64,000 bases of DNA. Source: the human T2T-CHM13v2.0 reference genome, Homo sapiens. The stretch covers positions 3,296,001 through 3,360,000 of the forward strand of contig CP086569.2 of assembly GCA_009914755.4 (NCBI GenBank). Direction: 5' to 3'. Positions 40,919-56,852 of this stretch are shown here, piece by piece. Positions within the stretch are counted from its first letter, which is position 1. The number at the start of each line of letters is the position of its first letter. The position numbers were made by a program, and so were the translations under genes. The notes under the pieces are model-generated. The model saw only the letters and a list, made by a program, of their open reading frames with translations. It was not told the DNA's origin and did not search any database.

Positions 40919-41003
40919 GGCTTGAACTCCTGAGCTCAAGTGATGTGCCCAACTCAGCCTCCCAAAGTTCTGGGAGTACAGGCATGAGCCACTGTGCCAG
41001 GCT
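40919..41003 (-). mobile_element. Alu fragment (5' 85 bp of an Alu, minus orientation)
   Basis: ggcttgaactcctgagctcaagtgatgtgcccaactcagcctcccaaagttctgggagtacaggcatgagccactgtgccaggct. Confidence 0.7.
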
Positions 41004-44000
41004 CCTCCCTACTTTGTAGTCTCCAGTGTCTATTGTTTCCATCTTTATGTCCATGTGTATTTATTGTTTCCCTCTCACTTATAAGTGAAAACATGTGTTA
41101 TTTGATTTTCTGTTTCTGTATTATTTCACTTAAGAAAATGTCCTCCAGCTGCATCCATGTTTCTGGAAAGGACATAATTTCATTCTTTTTAATGGCTGTT
41201 TAGCATTCCTTCATGTGTATGTACCGAATTTTCATTATCCATTTTTCCATTGATGAACATGTAGGTTGATTTCATGTCTTTGCTATTATAAATAGTGCTG
41301 TGATAAACATACAAGTTTCTTTTTCTTTGGGGACATACCTAATAGTGGGATTGCTGGATCAAATGGTAGCTCTATTTTTAGTTCTTTGAGACATTTCCAC
41401 ACTGTTTTCCATAGAGGTTGTACTAGTATGCATACCCACTAACAGTGAATAAGCATCCCCATTTTCCTGCATCCACAAAAACATCTTTTTTTTTTTTACT
41501 TTTAAATAATAGCCACTTTGAGTGGTATGAGATGGTATCTAATTGTGGTTTTGATTTGCATTTCTCTGATGATTAGTGATGTTGAGCATTTTTTTTCTTA
41601 TATTTCTTGACTGTGTATGCTTTCTTTTGAGAAGTGTCATTTTATGTCCTTTTCCCACTTTTTAAGAATTCTTTTTTTATTTTTTGTTGATTTGTTAGTT
41701 TCTTATAAATTCTTTATTTTAGTCCTTTATAGGATGTATCATTTGTGACTACTTTCTCTCATTCTGTAGATTGTCTGTGTACTCTATTGACAGTTTATTT
41801 TGGTGTGAAGAAGCTCTTTAGTTTAAGTTCCATTTGTCAATTTTTATTTTGTTGCATTTGCTATTGAGGTCTTAGTCATAAATTATTTTCCTAGGCCAAT
41901 GTCCAGAAGAGTTTTTCCTAGGTTTCTTCTAGGACTTCTGTAGTTCAAGTCTCATATTCAAGTCTTTAATCTTTAGTTGATTTTTGTATACAGTGAGAGA
42001 TAGGGGTCCAGTTCTACTCTTTTGCATATGGCTAGCCAGTTTTCCCAGCATCATTTATTGAATGGCTTGCACGTTCTTTCACCATTGTTTATCTTTGTTG
42101 ACGTTGTCAAACATCAATAAGATGTAGCTGTGTGGCTTTATTTCTGGGTTCTCAATTCTGTTCCGTTGGTATGTGTGTCTGATTTTTACTTGCACCATGC
42201 TCTTCTGGTTACTATAACCTTGTAGAATAGTATGAATTTGGGTGATGTGGTATCTCTGGCTTTGTTCATTTTGCTTAGGATTGCTTTGGCTATTTGGGCT
42301 CCTTTTTTGGTTCCATATGAGTTTTAGAATAGTTTTTTCTAATCTGTGAATGATGGTAATTTGATAGAAATTGCATGACTCTGTAGATTGCTCTTGGCAG
42401 TAAGGTCATTTTATCAATATTGATTCATCCAGTCCTTGAACATGGAACTTTTTTTCATTTGTTTATATCATCTATGGTTTATTTCAGCAATGCTTTGTGG
42501 TTCCGCTTTTGGAGGTTTTTTACCTACTTGGTTAAATGTATTCCTAGGTATTATTTTTTGGTGGCTATTGTAAATGTCGTTGCATTCTTGATTTGGTTCT
42601 CAGCTTGAATGTTATTGTTGTATATTGCTATTAATGTTTGTATTTTGATTTTGTACTCTAAACCTTTACTGAAGGTAAAGATAGATATCTGATGATCTTA
42701 GATAATGTGACTTCCTCTTTTCCTATATGGATGTCTTTTTTTTTTTTTCCTCTCACCTGATTGCTCTGGCTAGGAATTCCAGTACTACATTGAATAGGCC
42801 TGGTGAAAATAGACAAACTTGTCTTTTCCTAGTTTTTAAGGGGGATACCTCCAACTTTTGCCCATTCAGTATGATGTTGGCTGTGGGTTTGTCATACATG
42901 ACTCTTATTATTTTGAGACATGTTCCCTGTATGCCTAGTTTGTTGAAAGGTTTTTTTTTATTATGAAGGGATGTTGGATTTAATCAAATGTTCTTTCAGC
43001 ATCTATTGAGATAATATGTTTTTATTTTTAATTCTATTTATGTGGTGAATCACGTATATTGAGTCACATATGTTAAAGCATCCTTGCATTTCTGGAATAA
43101 AGCCCAATTTATGCTGCTATATTCAGTTTGCTAGTATTTGTGTGAGGACTTTTGTGACTAGGTTAATCAGGAATATTGACCTGTAGTGTCCAATTTTTGT
43201 TTTGTCCTTGCCAGATTTTGGTATCTGGAAGAAACTGGTTTTATAGAATAATTTAGAGAGGAATCCCCTCTCCTTGAATCTGTCTGATTCAGGGAATTTT
43301 TTGGTAGATCTATTTTTTGTTACTGATTCAGTTTTGTAACTCATTATTGGTCTGTTCAGTATTTTAATTTCTTCCTGGTTCACTCTTGGAAAGTTGTGTA
43401 TCTCCAGTAATTTATCCATTTCCTGTAGGTTATCTACTTTGTGCCCACAGAAGTATTACTAATAGTCTCTGAGGATCTTTTTATTTCTGTGGTATCAATT
43501 TTAGTGTCACCTCTGTCATTTTTATTTTGCTTACTTGGATTTTCTCTTTTGTTCTTAGTTAGTCTATCTAGCAGTGTATCAATACTGTTTATCCTTTCAA
43601 AGAACCATTTTTTATTGATCCTTTGTATGATTTCCTTTGTCTCGATTTTATTTAGTTCTTCTCTGATATCAGTTCTTTATTTTCTTTCGCTAGCTTTTCA
43701 TTTAGTTTGTTTTTGTTTTTTTCCAGTTCCTTTAGGTGTGATGTTGGTTTGTTAAGTCTTTCTGTCTTCTTGATTTATGTATTTAGCGCTATAAACTTTC
43801 CTCTTACACTGCTTTTGCTGTATTTAGGAAGTTTTGGTAATTTGTGTCTCTGTGTTCCTTTTTCAAAGATTTTTTTGATATCTGTCTTAATTTTGTGTTT
43901 ACCCAAAAGTCATTGATATCTGTCTTAATTTTGTGTTTACCCAAAAGTCATTTAGGAGCTAGTTGTTTAGTTTCCATGTATTTGTGTGGTTTTGAGAGTT

Positions 44001-44885
44001 CCTTGTGGGATTCAGTTCTAATTTTATTCCACTGTAGTCCAAGAATATGCTTGATATGATTTCAATATTTTTTGTATTTATTGAGACTTGCTTTATAACT
44101 GAGCATGTGGTCAATCTTAGAGAATGTATTAGGCAGATGAGAAGAATGTATACTCTGTGATTGTTGGGTGGAGTATTTTGTAAATATCTATTAGGTCTAT
44201 TTGGTGAATAACTCAATTTAAGTCCAAATTTTCTTTGTTAGTTTTCTGCCCCAGTGATCTGTCTAATGCTAGCAGTAGGGTATTGAAGTCTGTCACAATT
44301 ATTATTGTTTGGCTGTCTATCTCTTTTCTTAGTTCTTGGAGTATTTGTTTCCTAAATCTAGGTGCTTTCATGTTGGGTAAGTATATGCTTAGGATAGATA
44401 AATATTCTTGTTGAATTGAACCCTGTATCATTATACAATGCCCTTCTTTGTTTCTTTTTACCATTTTTGGTATAAAGTCTGTTTAATCTCATACAAGAAT
44501 AGCAACCCCTGACTCTTTTTTGTTTCCATTTTCATAATAGATATTTTTCCATCTCTTTACTTTGAGCATGTGGGGTATCCTTACTCATGAGTTAGGTTTC
44601 TGGAAGTAAGCAGAAGCTTGGGCCTTGTTTTCTGAATCAATTTGCTATCTATGTCTCTTAAGTGGAGCGTTTAAGCTTCTTAGGTTCAAGGGTCTCATTC
44701 CTGACATATTGTTAATTTGTTTCTTTCTAATCTCAATTATGTAATTGATTTTTAGAATCTGTTAGCTTTGCACTTACATGTGCTTTTATGGTAGCAAGTA
44801 TCATTCTTTCATTTTTCATGTTTAGGAGTCCTTTGAGCATTTCCTGTAAGTCTGGTATGTTGTATCTTTTTTTCTAATTAGTTTC
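41004..44885 (-). mobile_element. L1PA/PB-like element, 5'-truncated near the ORF1/ORF2 junction (about 3.9 kb, antisense)
   Basis: Continuous L1 antisense from the 3'UTR/ORF2 C-terminus (ccctctcacttataagtgaaaacatgtgttatttgattttctgtttctg...) through the RT and EN regions to the inter-ORF region at about 44880. Confidence 0.8.
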
Positions 44886-47400
44886 AAGGAATTTCTTGAT
44901 TTCTGTCTTTATTTCATTGTTTACTCAGAAGTTATTCAGAAGCAGGTTGTTTAATTCCCATTTAATTGTATGGTTTTGAGTTATTTTCTTAGGATTGGTT
45001 TCTATTTTTATTGCACTGTGGTCTGATGATGTGGTCGATATAATTTCATTTTTTTATTAGCTGAGAGTTATCTTATGGCCAATTGTGTGGTCAGTTTTAG
45101 AGTATGTGCCATGTGCAGACGAGAAGAATGTATATTCTGTTGATTTTATGTGGAGAGTTCTGTAGATGTCTATTATGTCCATTTCCTCAAGGGTTGAGTT
45201 AAGGTCCCAAATCTCTTTGTTATTTTTTTGCCTCAATGATCTGTCTAATACTGTCAGTGGGGTGTTAAAGTCTTCCATTCTTATTGTGTTGTTATCTAAA
45301 TCTCTTCATAGGTCTCTAAGAACTTGCTTTATATATCTGAGTGCTCCTGTATTGGGTGTATATATTTTTAGGATAGGTCTTCTTGTTGAGTTTAGCCCTT
45401 TAACATTATGTAATGCTCTTTTTTGTGTTTTTTGATTTTTGTTAGCTTAAAGTCTGTTTTGTATGATATTAGAATAGGAACTCCTGCTTTTCCTTTTTTT
45501 TTTTTTTGGTTTTTGTTTTTTTGGTAAATTTTTCTCCATCCCTTTACTTTGAGCCTATGGGTGTCATTGCCTGTGAGATGAGTATCTTGAAGACGGTATG
45601 CAATTGGGTTTTACTTCTTTATGCAACTTGCCGCTCTGTGCCTTTCAACTGGGGCATTTAGCCCATTTACATTCAGGGTTATTATTGACGTAAGTGGATG
45701 TGATCCTGTTATGTTGTTAGCTGGTTATTATGCAGACTTGTTTGTGTCATTGCTTTATAGTGTCACTGGTCTATGTACTTAAGTGTTTTTTTGTAGTGGC
45801 TAGTCACAGCCTTTCCTTTTCATATTTATCACTCCCTTAAGTAACTATTGTAAGGCACGTCTGGTGGTAATAAATTTCCTAAGCATTTTCTTGTCGAAAA
45901 AGATCTTATTTTTTCTTCACTTATAAAGCTTAGTTTGACCTGATATAAAATTCTTGGTTGAGAATTATTTCCTTTATGAATGCTGTATATAGGCCCTCAA
46001 TCTCCTCTGGCCTATATGGTTTCATCTGACAGGTCTTCTTTTAGCCTGATGGGGCTCCCTTTGTAGGAGACCTGCCCTTCTCTCTAGCTGCTTTTAACAT
46101 TTTCCTTTCATTTCAACCTTGGAGAATCTGATGAGTAGTGTCTTGGGAATGGTCTTCTTGTGTAGTATTTCTCAGGAGTTCTCTGCTTTTCATGAATTTG
46201 AATGTTGACCTCTATAGCAAGTCTGGGGAAATTTTCAAGGACAATATCCTGAAATATGTTTCCCAAGATGCATTTTTTCCCTCCTTGTCTCTCAGGAATG
46301 CCAATGAGTCATAGATTGGGTCTCTTTACATAATCTTATATTTCTTCAAGGTTTTGTTCATTCTTTTTAATTTTTTTTTATATTTTTCTCTTACTGAGGT
46401 ACTTCAGAGATTCAGTCTTCAAACTCTGAGATTGATTTATTATCTTGGTCAGTTCTACCATTAATACTTGTGATTTCATTGCAAAATTTCTGTAGAGTGT
46501 TTTTTAGCTCTATCAGATCAGTGTTCTTTCTTATTATGACTGTTTTGTCTATCGGCCTCTGTATTGTTTTATTGTAATTGTTATATTCCTTGGATTGGAT
46601 GTTAATGATCTTTCTTGCCATCTGTATTCTGAATTCTATTTCTGTCATTACTGCCATCTCATTCTGTGTAAGAACCATTGCTGGGGAACTAGTGTGATTA
46701 TTTGAAGGTAAGAAGAAACTCTGGTCTTTTTAGTTGTCAGAGTTCTTGTGCTAGTTTTCTTCTCATCTTTAAGGGCTGATGCTCCTTCAATCTTTGAGGT
46801 TCCGGACCTTTGAATTTTTTCTTTTATCATGTCTGATGTTCTTGGTGGGTTGACTGTGGTATAAGGTGGGCTCAGTAGATCGGCTTTATTTCTGGAGGAT
46901 TTTAGTGGGTCAAGGCTCAGCTCATTATACCTCAACTGCATGCTTTAACTCTCAGGGGCTGGTATCAGGCCCACGGCTTTATTCTCTGGCTTTTGGAGGT
47001 TAGAAACATGCCATGTGGGAAGGACCAAGTTGTCCCAGACCACTGGTCTGAACACTTCAATAGGTAGTGCCACTTGGTGGTGGGCCTGCAGGTGTACAAG
47101 AAGTCAAGAATTGAGCTTTGGGAACTGCCACCTAGATTTCAGTGGATGTCCAGGAAGAAATTTGCTGCAGGAGTGGAGCCCTCATGGAAAACCTTTGCTA
47201 GGGCAGTGCAGAAGAGAAATGTAGGGTTGGAGCCCTGATACAGAGTCCCCACTGGGGAGCTGTGAGAAGAAGGCCACCATCCTCAAGACCCTAGAATGGT
47301 AGATCCACCAAAAGCTTGCATAGTGTACCCAGAAAAGCTGTGGACACTCAACTTCAGCCCATGAAAGCAGCCAAGATGGGGGCTGTACCCTAAAAAATCC
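44886..47400 (-). mobile_element. Second, diverged L1 segment carrying ORF2-EN start, ORF1 and 5'UTR (antisense); overlaps the previous L1 by about 1 kb of homologous, non-identical sequence
   Basis: The EN region repeats at 44900-45640 (about 75-80% identical to 43890-44560). The ORF1p remnant lies at 46412-46941(-). A 5'UTR-like region lies at 46990-47400. Confidence 0.7.
46412..46941 (-). pseudogene. L1 ORF1p remnant
   Basis: ORFs 46412..46678(-) ...ELKNTLQKFCNEITSINGRTDQDNKSISEFED and 46648..46941(-) match the ORF1p coiled-coil and N-terminus. Confidence 0.75.
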
Positions 47401-47409
47401 ACAGGGACA

Positions 47410-48925
<1,516 letters not shown>

Positions 48926-48929
48926 AGGT

Positions 48930-51450
48930 ATGTTGCTATAGTATTTTTGCCTGGAGTGATCTGTTTTCATCTGTTGGGTATAATTATTAGTGTTAAGTCT
49001 TTTACTTCCCGTTTAAAATTTCTAGTTTTCTTATTTATCATTGAAAGTTGTAGTACTGCAGTTTCCAAATGTTCCAGACCATTATTGCAGAGCTTTCTGT
49101 TTCTCTCTTCAATTCTATCTCATATGTTTAGGATCCCTGATATTTAGTGCATATATATATATATAGTATTGTTATATATCTTCTTGTGAATTTATACTTT
49201 ATCATTATATAATGTTTCCATTTGTCTCTTATAACAGTTTCAATTTAAACTCTACTTGGCATTGATATCACCATTCCTTTGCTTTTTCCATTACTGTGTG
49301 CACCAATATTTTTTTCTTCTTATCTCTTTCAACCTTTGCGTGTTCTTAAATACAAAATGAGTATATTAAACTGTCCATATAGTTAAGAGTGCTTTTAATC
49401 CATTGTGTCAGTCTGTCTTTTGGTTAGAGAGTTGAATAAATAATGGTTTAAATTTATAATTGATAGGGAAGATTTATTATTGCCATTTAAATAATTTGTT
49501 TTCTGTATGTCTTATAGCTATTTTGTGCCTCCTCTTTTTTCTAATGCCTTCCTTTGTGGTTAGTTGATTTTTTTTAATTGACACATTTTTATTCCCTTCT
49601 TATTTCCTTTTGTGTGTATTCTATAGATATGTCCTTTGTGGTTACCTTGGTGATTATCCATAATATCCTACATATATGAAAAATTATTTTGAATTAATAC
49701 TACTTTAATTTAAATCATGTACACAAATTTTCTTTCTTCATGTCATTGATTTACAAATGTCATATTAATATATTTTCTGACTATTAATGTAGGTTTCAAA
49801 TTTCTTTTTTAATTTTTTAAATCCTGTAGAGGAATAAAAAATAGCTATAAACCAAAATGCAAAAAAAAATAGTTTTTGTGTGTTTTTCATGTATGTATCC
49901 TTAACAGAAATTTTTATATTTTGTTGGGCTTTAAGTTATTGTCTATACATCCTTTTATGTCTACGTGAAAGACTCCCTTCCGCATTTCTCTTAGCACAGA
50001 TCTCGTGATAATGCACTGTCTCAGCTTTTATTTATCTGATAATGTCTTAATTTCTTCCTCATTTTGAAGGACAGCTTTGCCCTGGATTAAATACTTGATA
50101 GAGAGGGTTTGTTTGTTTCTTTCTTTTAACACTGCAGATATATCTCCTTCCAGACTGGAAGGCTTACCTAAATAATCTGATAAATTTATTAAAGATACCT
50201 TGTGCATGATTAGTCACTTTTCTCTAGATGTTTACAAGATTCTGTTTTATATTTGGCTTTTGCAACTTTGATTATTATGCATCTTGCAGTGGGTCCTTTG
50301 GATTTTTTTTTTAACTTGGAGCTTCTTGTATTTTTATATCCGTGTTTTAAAATCAGATTTTGGATTTCTTATCATTATTTAAAAAATATGCCATTTTTCT
50401 CACTTCTTTTTTTAAGATTACCATAATGCACATATTGTTCTGCTTGACGGTCTCTCATAAATGTCTTAGGCTCTGTTCACGTTGTTCATTATTATTTTAT
50501 TTGGCTTTGCTCCTCAGATTTACTAACTTCCAATGTTCTACCTTCAAGTTTACTAATTCTTTCTTCTTCTGGTTTGAGTCTGATGTTGAGCTTCTGTACT
50601 AAACTTTTCAATTCAGTTATTTTATGTCTCAGCTATAGAATTTCTGCTTTGTTTTGTTTTATAATTTATATCTCACTGTTGACATATTCACTTTTATATA
50701 TGATTTTTATAATACTTTTTCTTTTTTGTGTCTTTTAAATTTAAGCCTACTATAAACAGTTGTTATAAAGTATTTTTCTAATAAGTCCTAGATTTTGGTC
50801 AATTCATAGAGATTTATTTCAGTCCTTTAAATAGACCATTTTTTCTTGTTTTTTACATTTTGCAATTTTTGTTGAAAATTTGACATTTGAAATAACAGCC
50901 ATTCTTCCAGTTTTTGCAATTTGACTCTATGTTAGGTGAAACCTTCACTATAAGCCCAGTGTGAAGGATTTATGTTTCTCAGGTCTTCTCTGGGCATGTA
51001 TATTTCCTGTGTCTGTGTCTGTGCTTTTTTCTAATTCCCTCCATATAAACATCTATGCTGCTTTCCTCATCTTATCTCTTAGTTAGGTGATACAGAATAT
51101 GGTTCTGTAAGCAGGCCACAGACAGAGCAAAAATTTGCAAACCATTTCTCTGAGGAAGAAGTGCAAGAAATTTGGCTACTTCCTCCCAAAGATGCCACAC
51201 CAGGGAGGGAGTGACACAGGGCCACAGATTTGCTTGTCTTTATGAGTGTGACTTCTTGTTGATTGGGCATCTGCTTAATTGTTACAATCCATTGACTGTA
51301 TTCTGGGGCTCCTACAAAGTTATTTTAGTTTACAGTTTATAACCTGATGTTTCTGTGGGGAGCCAAAAGGACCTGGAGTTTCTCAAACTGCCATTTTGCC
51401 AATAGCTTGGAAGGCTCTTGTTACCTAATTCTGAAAGCTTTATGAAGTTA
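48930..51450 (-). mobile_element. Old L1 (L1M-like) fragment, antisense 5' portion including the ORF2 N-terminal region
   Basis: ...ttttgaaggacagctttgccctggattaaatacttgatagagagggtttgtttgtttctttcttttaacactgcagatatatctccttccagactggaaggc... is characteristic of L1M antisense. Confidence 0.55.
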
Positions 51451-51469
51451 CTGTAATAAAGATAGTGTA

Positions 51470-51850
51470 TTGTGGAGAAGGAGAGAAATATTTGTCAGTA
51501 GAACAGAAAGGAAGAGGAACAGAGGAAGATCAGAGTAGACCCACTAAAATATGGACAATGGAGCTTTACAATAGCACGAAGGTATTTTACTGGAAAAAAA
51601 TTATCTTTTCAACATATGTTGCATATCTCTATGCAAAGACATTAATAATAACAATATCCATACTATTCTCACATTACAAAAACTAACTCAGATATATTAT
51701 AGACCTATATATAAAACATAATCTTATAAAATTTCTAGAAAAAACTGACTTTGGGTTCGGCAAATATTTCTTAGATGCAACACTAAAAGCACAATTTATA
51801 ATAAAAAGTTCATGTGCTGGACTTTATAAATATTAAAAATATCCACTTTT
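51470..51850 (+). mobile_element. Old L1M fragment (sense), left half of an element split by the L1PA insertion; continues at 58277-58870
   Basis: ...cacattacaaaaactaactcagatatatt...ctagaaaaaactgactttgggttcggcaaatatttcttagatgcaacactaaaagcacaatttataataaaaagttcatgtgctggactttataaatattaaaaat matches L1M ORF2 3' region in sense. Confidence 0.6.
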
Positions 51851-53393
51851 TAAATTCTGGGATACATGCACAGAATGTGTATGTTTGTTACATAGGTACA
51901 CGTGTGCCTTGGTGGTTTACTGCACCTATCAACCCATCACCTAGGTTTTAAGCCCCACATGAATTAGCTATTCATCCTGATGATCTCCCTCTCCTCACCA
52001 TCCCCCACGACAGGCCCTGATATGTGTTGTTTCCTTCCCTGTTTCCATGTGTTCTCATTGTTGAACTCCCACTTATGAGTGAAACATGTGGTGTTTGGTT
52101 TTCTGTTCCTGTGTTAATTTGCTGAAGATAATGGCTTCCAGCTTCATCCATGTCTCTGCAGAAGATATAATCTCATTCCTTTTTATGGCTGCATAGTATT
52201 CCATGCTGTATATGTACCACACTTTCTTTATCCAGTCTATAATCAATGGGCATTTGGGTTGATTCCATGTCTTTGCTATTGTGAATAGTGCTGCAATAAA
52301 CATACATGTACATGTATCAGTTCTAGATACTTGAGGAATTGCCACACTGTCTTCCACAATGGTTGAACTAATTTACATTTCCACCAACAGCATAAAAGTG
52401 TTCCTATTTTTTCATAGCCTCACCAGCATCTGTTGTTTCTTGACTTTTTAATATTCACCATTCTGACTGGTGGAAGATGGTATCTCACTGTGATTTTGAT
52501 TTGCATTTCTCTAATGATCAATGATATTGAGCTTTTTTTCATATGACTGTTGGCTGCATAATGCACAACTTCTTCTGAGAAGTTTCTATTCATATCCTTT
52601 GCCCACTTTTTGATGGGGTTATTTGTTCTTGTCTTGTAAATTTGTTTAAGTTCCTTGTAAATTCTGGATATTAGACCTTTGTCAGATGTGTAGATTGCAA
52701 AAATTTTCTTCTATTCTGTAGGGTGCCTGTTCACTCTGATGATAGTTTCTATTGCTATGCAGAAGTGCTTTGGTATAATTAGATCCCATTTGTCAATTTG
52801 TTGTAATTGCTTTTAGTGATTTCATCATAAAATCTTTGCCCATGCCTATGTCATGATGGTATTGCCTAGGTTTTCTTCTGGGGTTGTTATCATTTTGGGT
52901 TTTACATTTAATTCTTTAATTCATCTTGAGTTAATTTTTGTATAAGGTGTAAGGAAGGCATCCAGTTTCAATTTTCTGCATGTGACTAGACTGTTTTCAC
53001 AGCACCATTTATTAAATAGGGAATCCTCTTCCCATTGCTTGTTTTTGTCAGGTTTGTTGCAGATCAGATGGTTGGAGATATGTGGTCTTTTTTCTGAAGT
53101 CTCTATTCTCTTCCATTGGTCTATATGTCTGTTTTGGTATAAGTACCATGCTGCTTTGGTTACTGTAGCCTTGTAGTAGAGTTTGAAGCCAAGTAACGTG
53201 ATGCCTCCAGCTTTGTTATTTTTGCTTAGGATTGTCTTGGCTATGTGGGCTCTTTCTTTGGTTCCTTATGAATTTTAAAGTAGTTTTTTTCTAATTATGT
53301 GAAAAATATCAATGGTAGTTTGATGGGATTAACATTGAATCTATAAATTACTTTGGGCAATATGGCCATTTTCACTATATTGATTCTTGCTAT

Positions 53394-54026
53394 CTATGAG
53401 GATGGAATGTTTTTCCATCTGTTTGGATCCTCTCTTATTTCCTTGAGCAGTGGTTTGTAGTTCTTGAAGAGGTCATTCACATCACTTGTTAGCTGTATTC
53501 CTAGGTATTTTATTATCTTTGTAACAATTGTAAATGGGAGTTCATTCATGATTTGCCTCTCTGCTTGTCCATTGTTTGTGTATAGGAATGCTTGTGATTT
53601 TTGCACATTGATTTTGTATCCTGAGATTTTGCTGAAGTTGCTTATCAGCTTAAGAAGTTTTGGGGCTGAGACGATGGAGTTTTCTAAATATACAATCATG
53701 TCATCTGCAAACAGAGACAATTGGACTTCCCCTCTTCCTATTTTAATACTCTTTATTTCTTTCTCTTGCCTGATTGCCCTGGCCAGAACTTCCAATAATA
53801 TGTTGAGTAGGAGTGGTGAGAGAGAGCATCCTTGCCTTGTGCTGGTTTTCAAAGGGAATGCTTCCAGCTTTTGCCTAATCAGTATGATATTGGCTGTGGG
53901 TTTGTCATGAATAGATCTCATTGTTTTGAGATGTGTTACATCAATACCTACTTTATTGAGGGTTTTTAGCATGAAGTGGTGTTGAATTTTATCAAAGGCC
54001 TTTTCTGCATCTATTGAGATAATCAT
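53394..54026 (-). pseudogene. L1 ORF2p reverse-transcriptase domain remnant (210 aa)
   Basis: [116 protein letters not shown]... Confidence 0.9.
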
Positions 54027-56084
54027 GTGGTTTTGTCATTGGTTCTATTTATGTGATGAATTACATTTATTGATTCGTGCATGTTGAACCAGCTTTGCAT
54101 CCCAGGGATGAAGCCAACTTGATTAAGGTGGATAAGCTTTCGAAGTGCTGCTGGATTCAGTTTGCCAGTATTTTACTGAGGATTTTTGCATTGATCTTCA
54201 TCAGATATATTGGCCTGAAGGTTTTTTTGTTGTTGTTGCTATTATGTCTCTGCCAAGTTTTGGTATTAGGATGATGCTGGCCTCATAAAATGAGTTAGGG
54301 AAGAGTAGCTCCTTTACAATTGTTTGTAATAGTTTCAGAAGGAATGATAGCAGCTCCTCTTTGTACCTCTGCTAAAACTCAGCTGTGAATCTGTCTTTCC
54401 TTAGCTTTTTTTAGTTGGTAGACTATTTATTACTGCCTCAATTTCAGAACATGTTATTGCTCTTTTCAGGGATTTGATGTCTTCCTGGTTTAGTGTTGGG
54501 AGGGTGTATTTGTTGAGGAATTTATCAATTTCTTCTAGATATTCTAGTTTATTTGCATAGAGGTGTTTATAGTATTCTCTGGTGGTAGTTTGTATTTCTG
54601 TGGGGTCAGTGGTATTATCCCCTTTATCATTTTTTGTTTCATCCATTTGATTTTGCTCCTTTCTTCTTTATTAGTCTAGCTAGCATTCTATCTATTTTAT
54701 TATTTGTTTTTCAAAAACCTAGCTCTTTGATTCATTGATTTTTTTTTGAAGAGTTTTTCGTTTCTCTATCTCGTTCAGTTCTGCTCTAATCTTAGTTATT
54801 TATTGTCTTCTGCTAGCTTTTGGAGTTGTTTGCTCTTGTTTTTCTAGTTCTTTTAATTGTGATGTTAAGGTGTTGATTTGAGATCTTTCTAGCTTTCCGA
54901 TGTGGGCATTTAGTGCTATAACTTCCCCTCTTAACACAGTTTTAGCTGCGTTCCAGAGATTCTAGTATGTTGTTTCATTGTTCCCATTGGTTTGAAATAA
55001 CTTCTTGATTTCTGCCTTAATTTCATTATTTACCCAGGAGTCATTCAGGAGCAAGTTGTTCAATTTCCATAAAGTTGTGTGGTTTTGCATGAGTTTCTTA
55101 ATCCTGAGTTCTAATTTGATTGCACTGTGGTCTGAGAGACTATTATGATTTCAGTTCTTTTGCATTTGCCGAGGAATGTTTTACTTCCAATTATGTGGTC
55201 AATTTTAGAGTAAGTACCATGTGGCACTGAGAAGAATGTATATTCTTTTGTTTGAGGGTAGAGAGTTCCGTATATATCTATTAGGTCCACTTGATCCAGA
55301 GCTGAGTTCAAGTCCTGAATATCCTTGTAAATATTGTCTTGTTGCTCTAATATTGACAGTGGTGTGCTAAAGTCTCACTATTATTGTGTGGGAGTTGAAG
55401 TCTTTTTGTAGGTCTCTATGAATTTGTTTTATGAATCTGGGTGCTTTTGTATTGGGTTCATGTATATTTAGAATAGTTAGCTCTTCCTGTTTAATTGATC
55501 CCTTTATCATTATGTAATGCCCTTCTTTGTCTTTTTTTTTTTTTATCTTTGTTGGTTTAAAGTCTGTTTTGTCAGAGACTATGATTGCAGCACCTGCTTT
55601 TTTCTGCTTTCCATTTTCTGGGTAAATTTTCCTTCATCCCTTAATTTTGAGCCTATGTCTGTCTTTGCATGTGAGATGGGTCTCTTGAATACAACACTCT
55701 GATAGGTCTAGACTCTTTATTCAATTTGCAAGTCTGTGTCTTTTAATTGGAGCATTTAGCCCATTCACATTTAAGGTTAATATTGTTATGTGTGAATTTG
55801 ATTCTGTCATTATGATGCTAGCTGGTCATATTGCACACTAGTTGATACTGTTTTTTCATAGTCATTAGTTTTTATGTTTTGGTGAATTTCTCAGTGGCTG
55901 GTACTGGTTTTTCCTTTCCATATTTAGTGTTTCCTTCAGGAGCTCTTGCAAGCAGGCCTTGTGGTGATGAATTTCCTTAGCATTTGCTTGTCTGAGAAGG
56001 ATTTTATTTCTCCTTCTCTTATGAAGCTTAATTTGGCCTGATATTAAATTCTGGGTTGAAAATTCTTCTCATTAAGAATGTTGA

Positions 56085-56343
<259 letters not shown>

Positions 56344-56852
56344 GAATGTTGAATATTGGCCCCCACTTTCTTCTGGCTTGTAGGTTTTCTGCTGAGAGAT
56401 CTGCTGTTAGTCTGATGGGCTTCCCTTTGTAGGTGACCTGGCCTTTCTCTCTGGCTGCCCTTAACATTTTTTCCTTCATTTCAACCTTGGAGAACCTGAT
56501 GATTATCTGTCTTGGAATTGATCTTCTCATGAACTATCTTGGTGGAATTCTCTGTATTTTCTGAATTTGAATGTTGGCCTGTCTTGCTAGGTTCAGGAAT
56601 TTCTCCTAGATAATGTCCTGAAGTGTGTTTTCCAACTTGGTTCCATTTTTTCCTTCTCTTTCAGATACTGGTCTTTTTACATAGTCTCATATTACTTGGA
56701 GGTTTTGTTTGTTCCTTTTTATTTATTTTTTTTGCCTGCCTTATTTCAGCAAGATAGTCTTTCATTTCTGACATTTTTTTTCACTTGATTGATTCAGCTA
56801 TTAATACTTGTGTATGCTTCACAAAGTTCTCATGCTGTGTTTTTCAGCTCCA

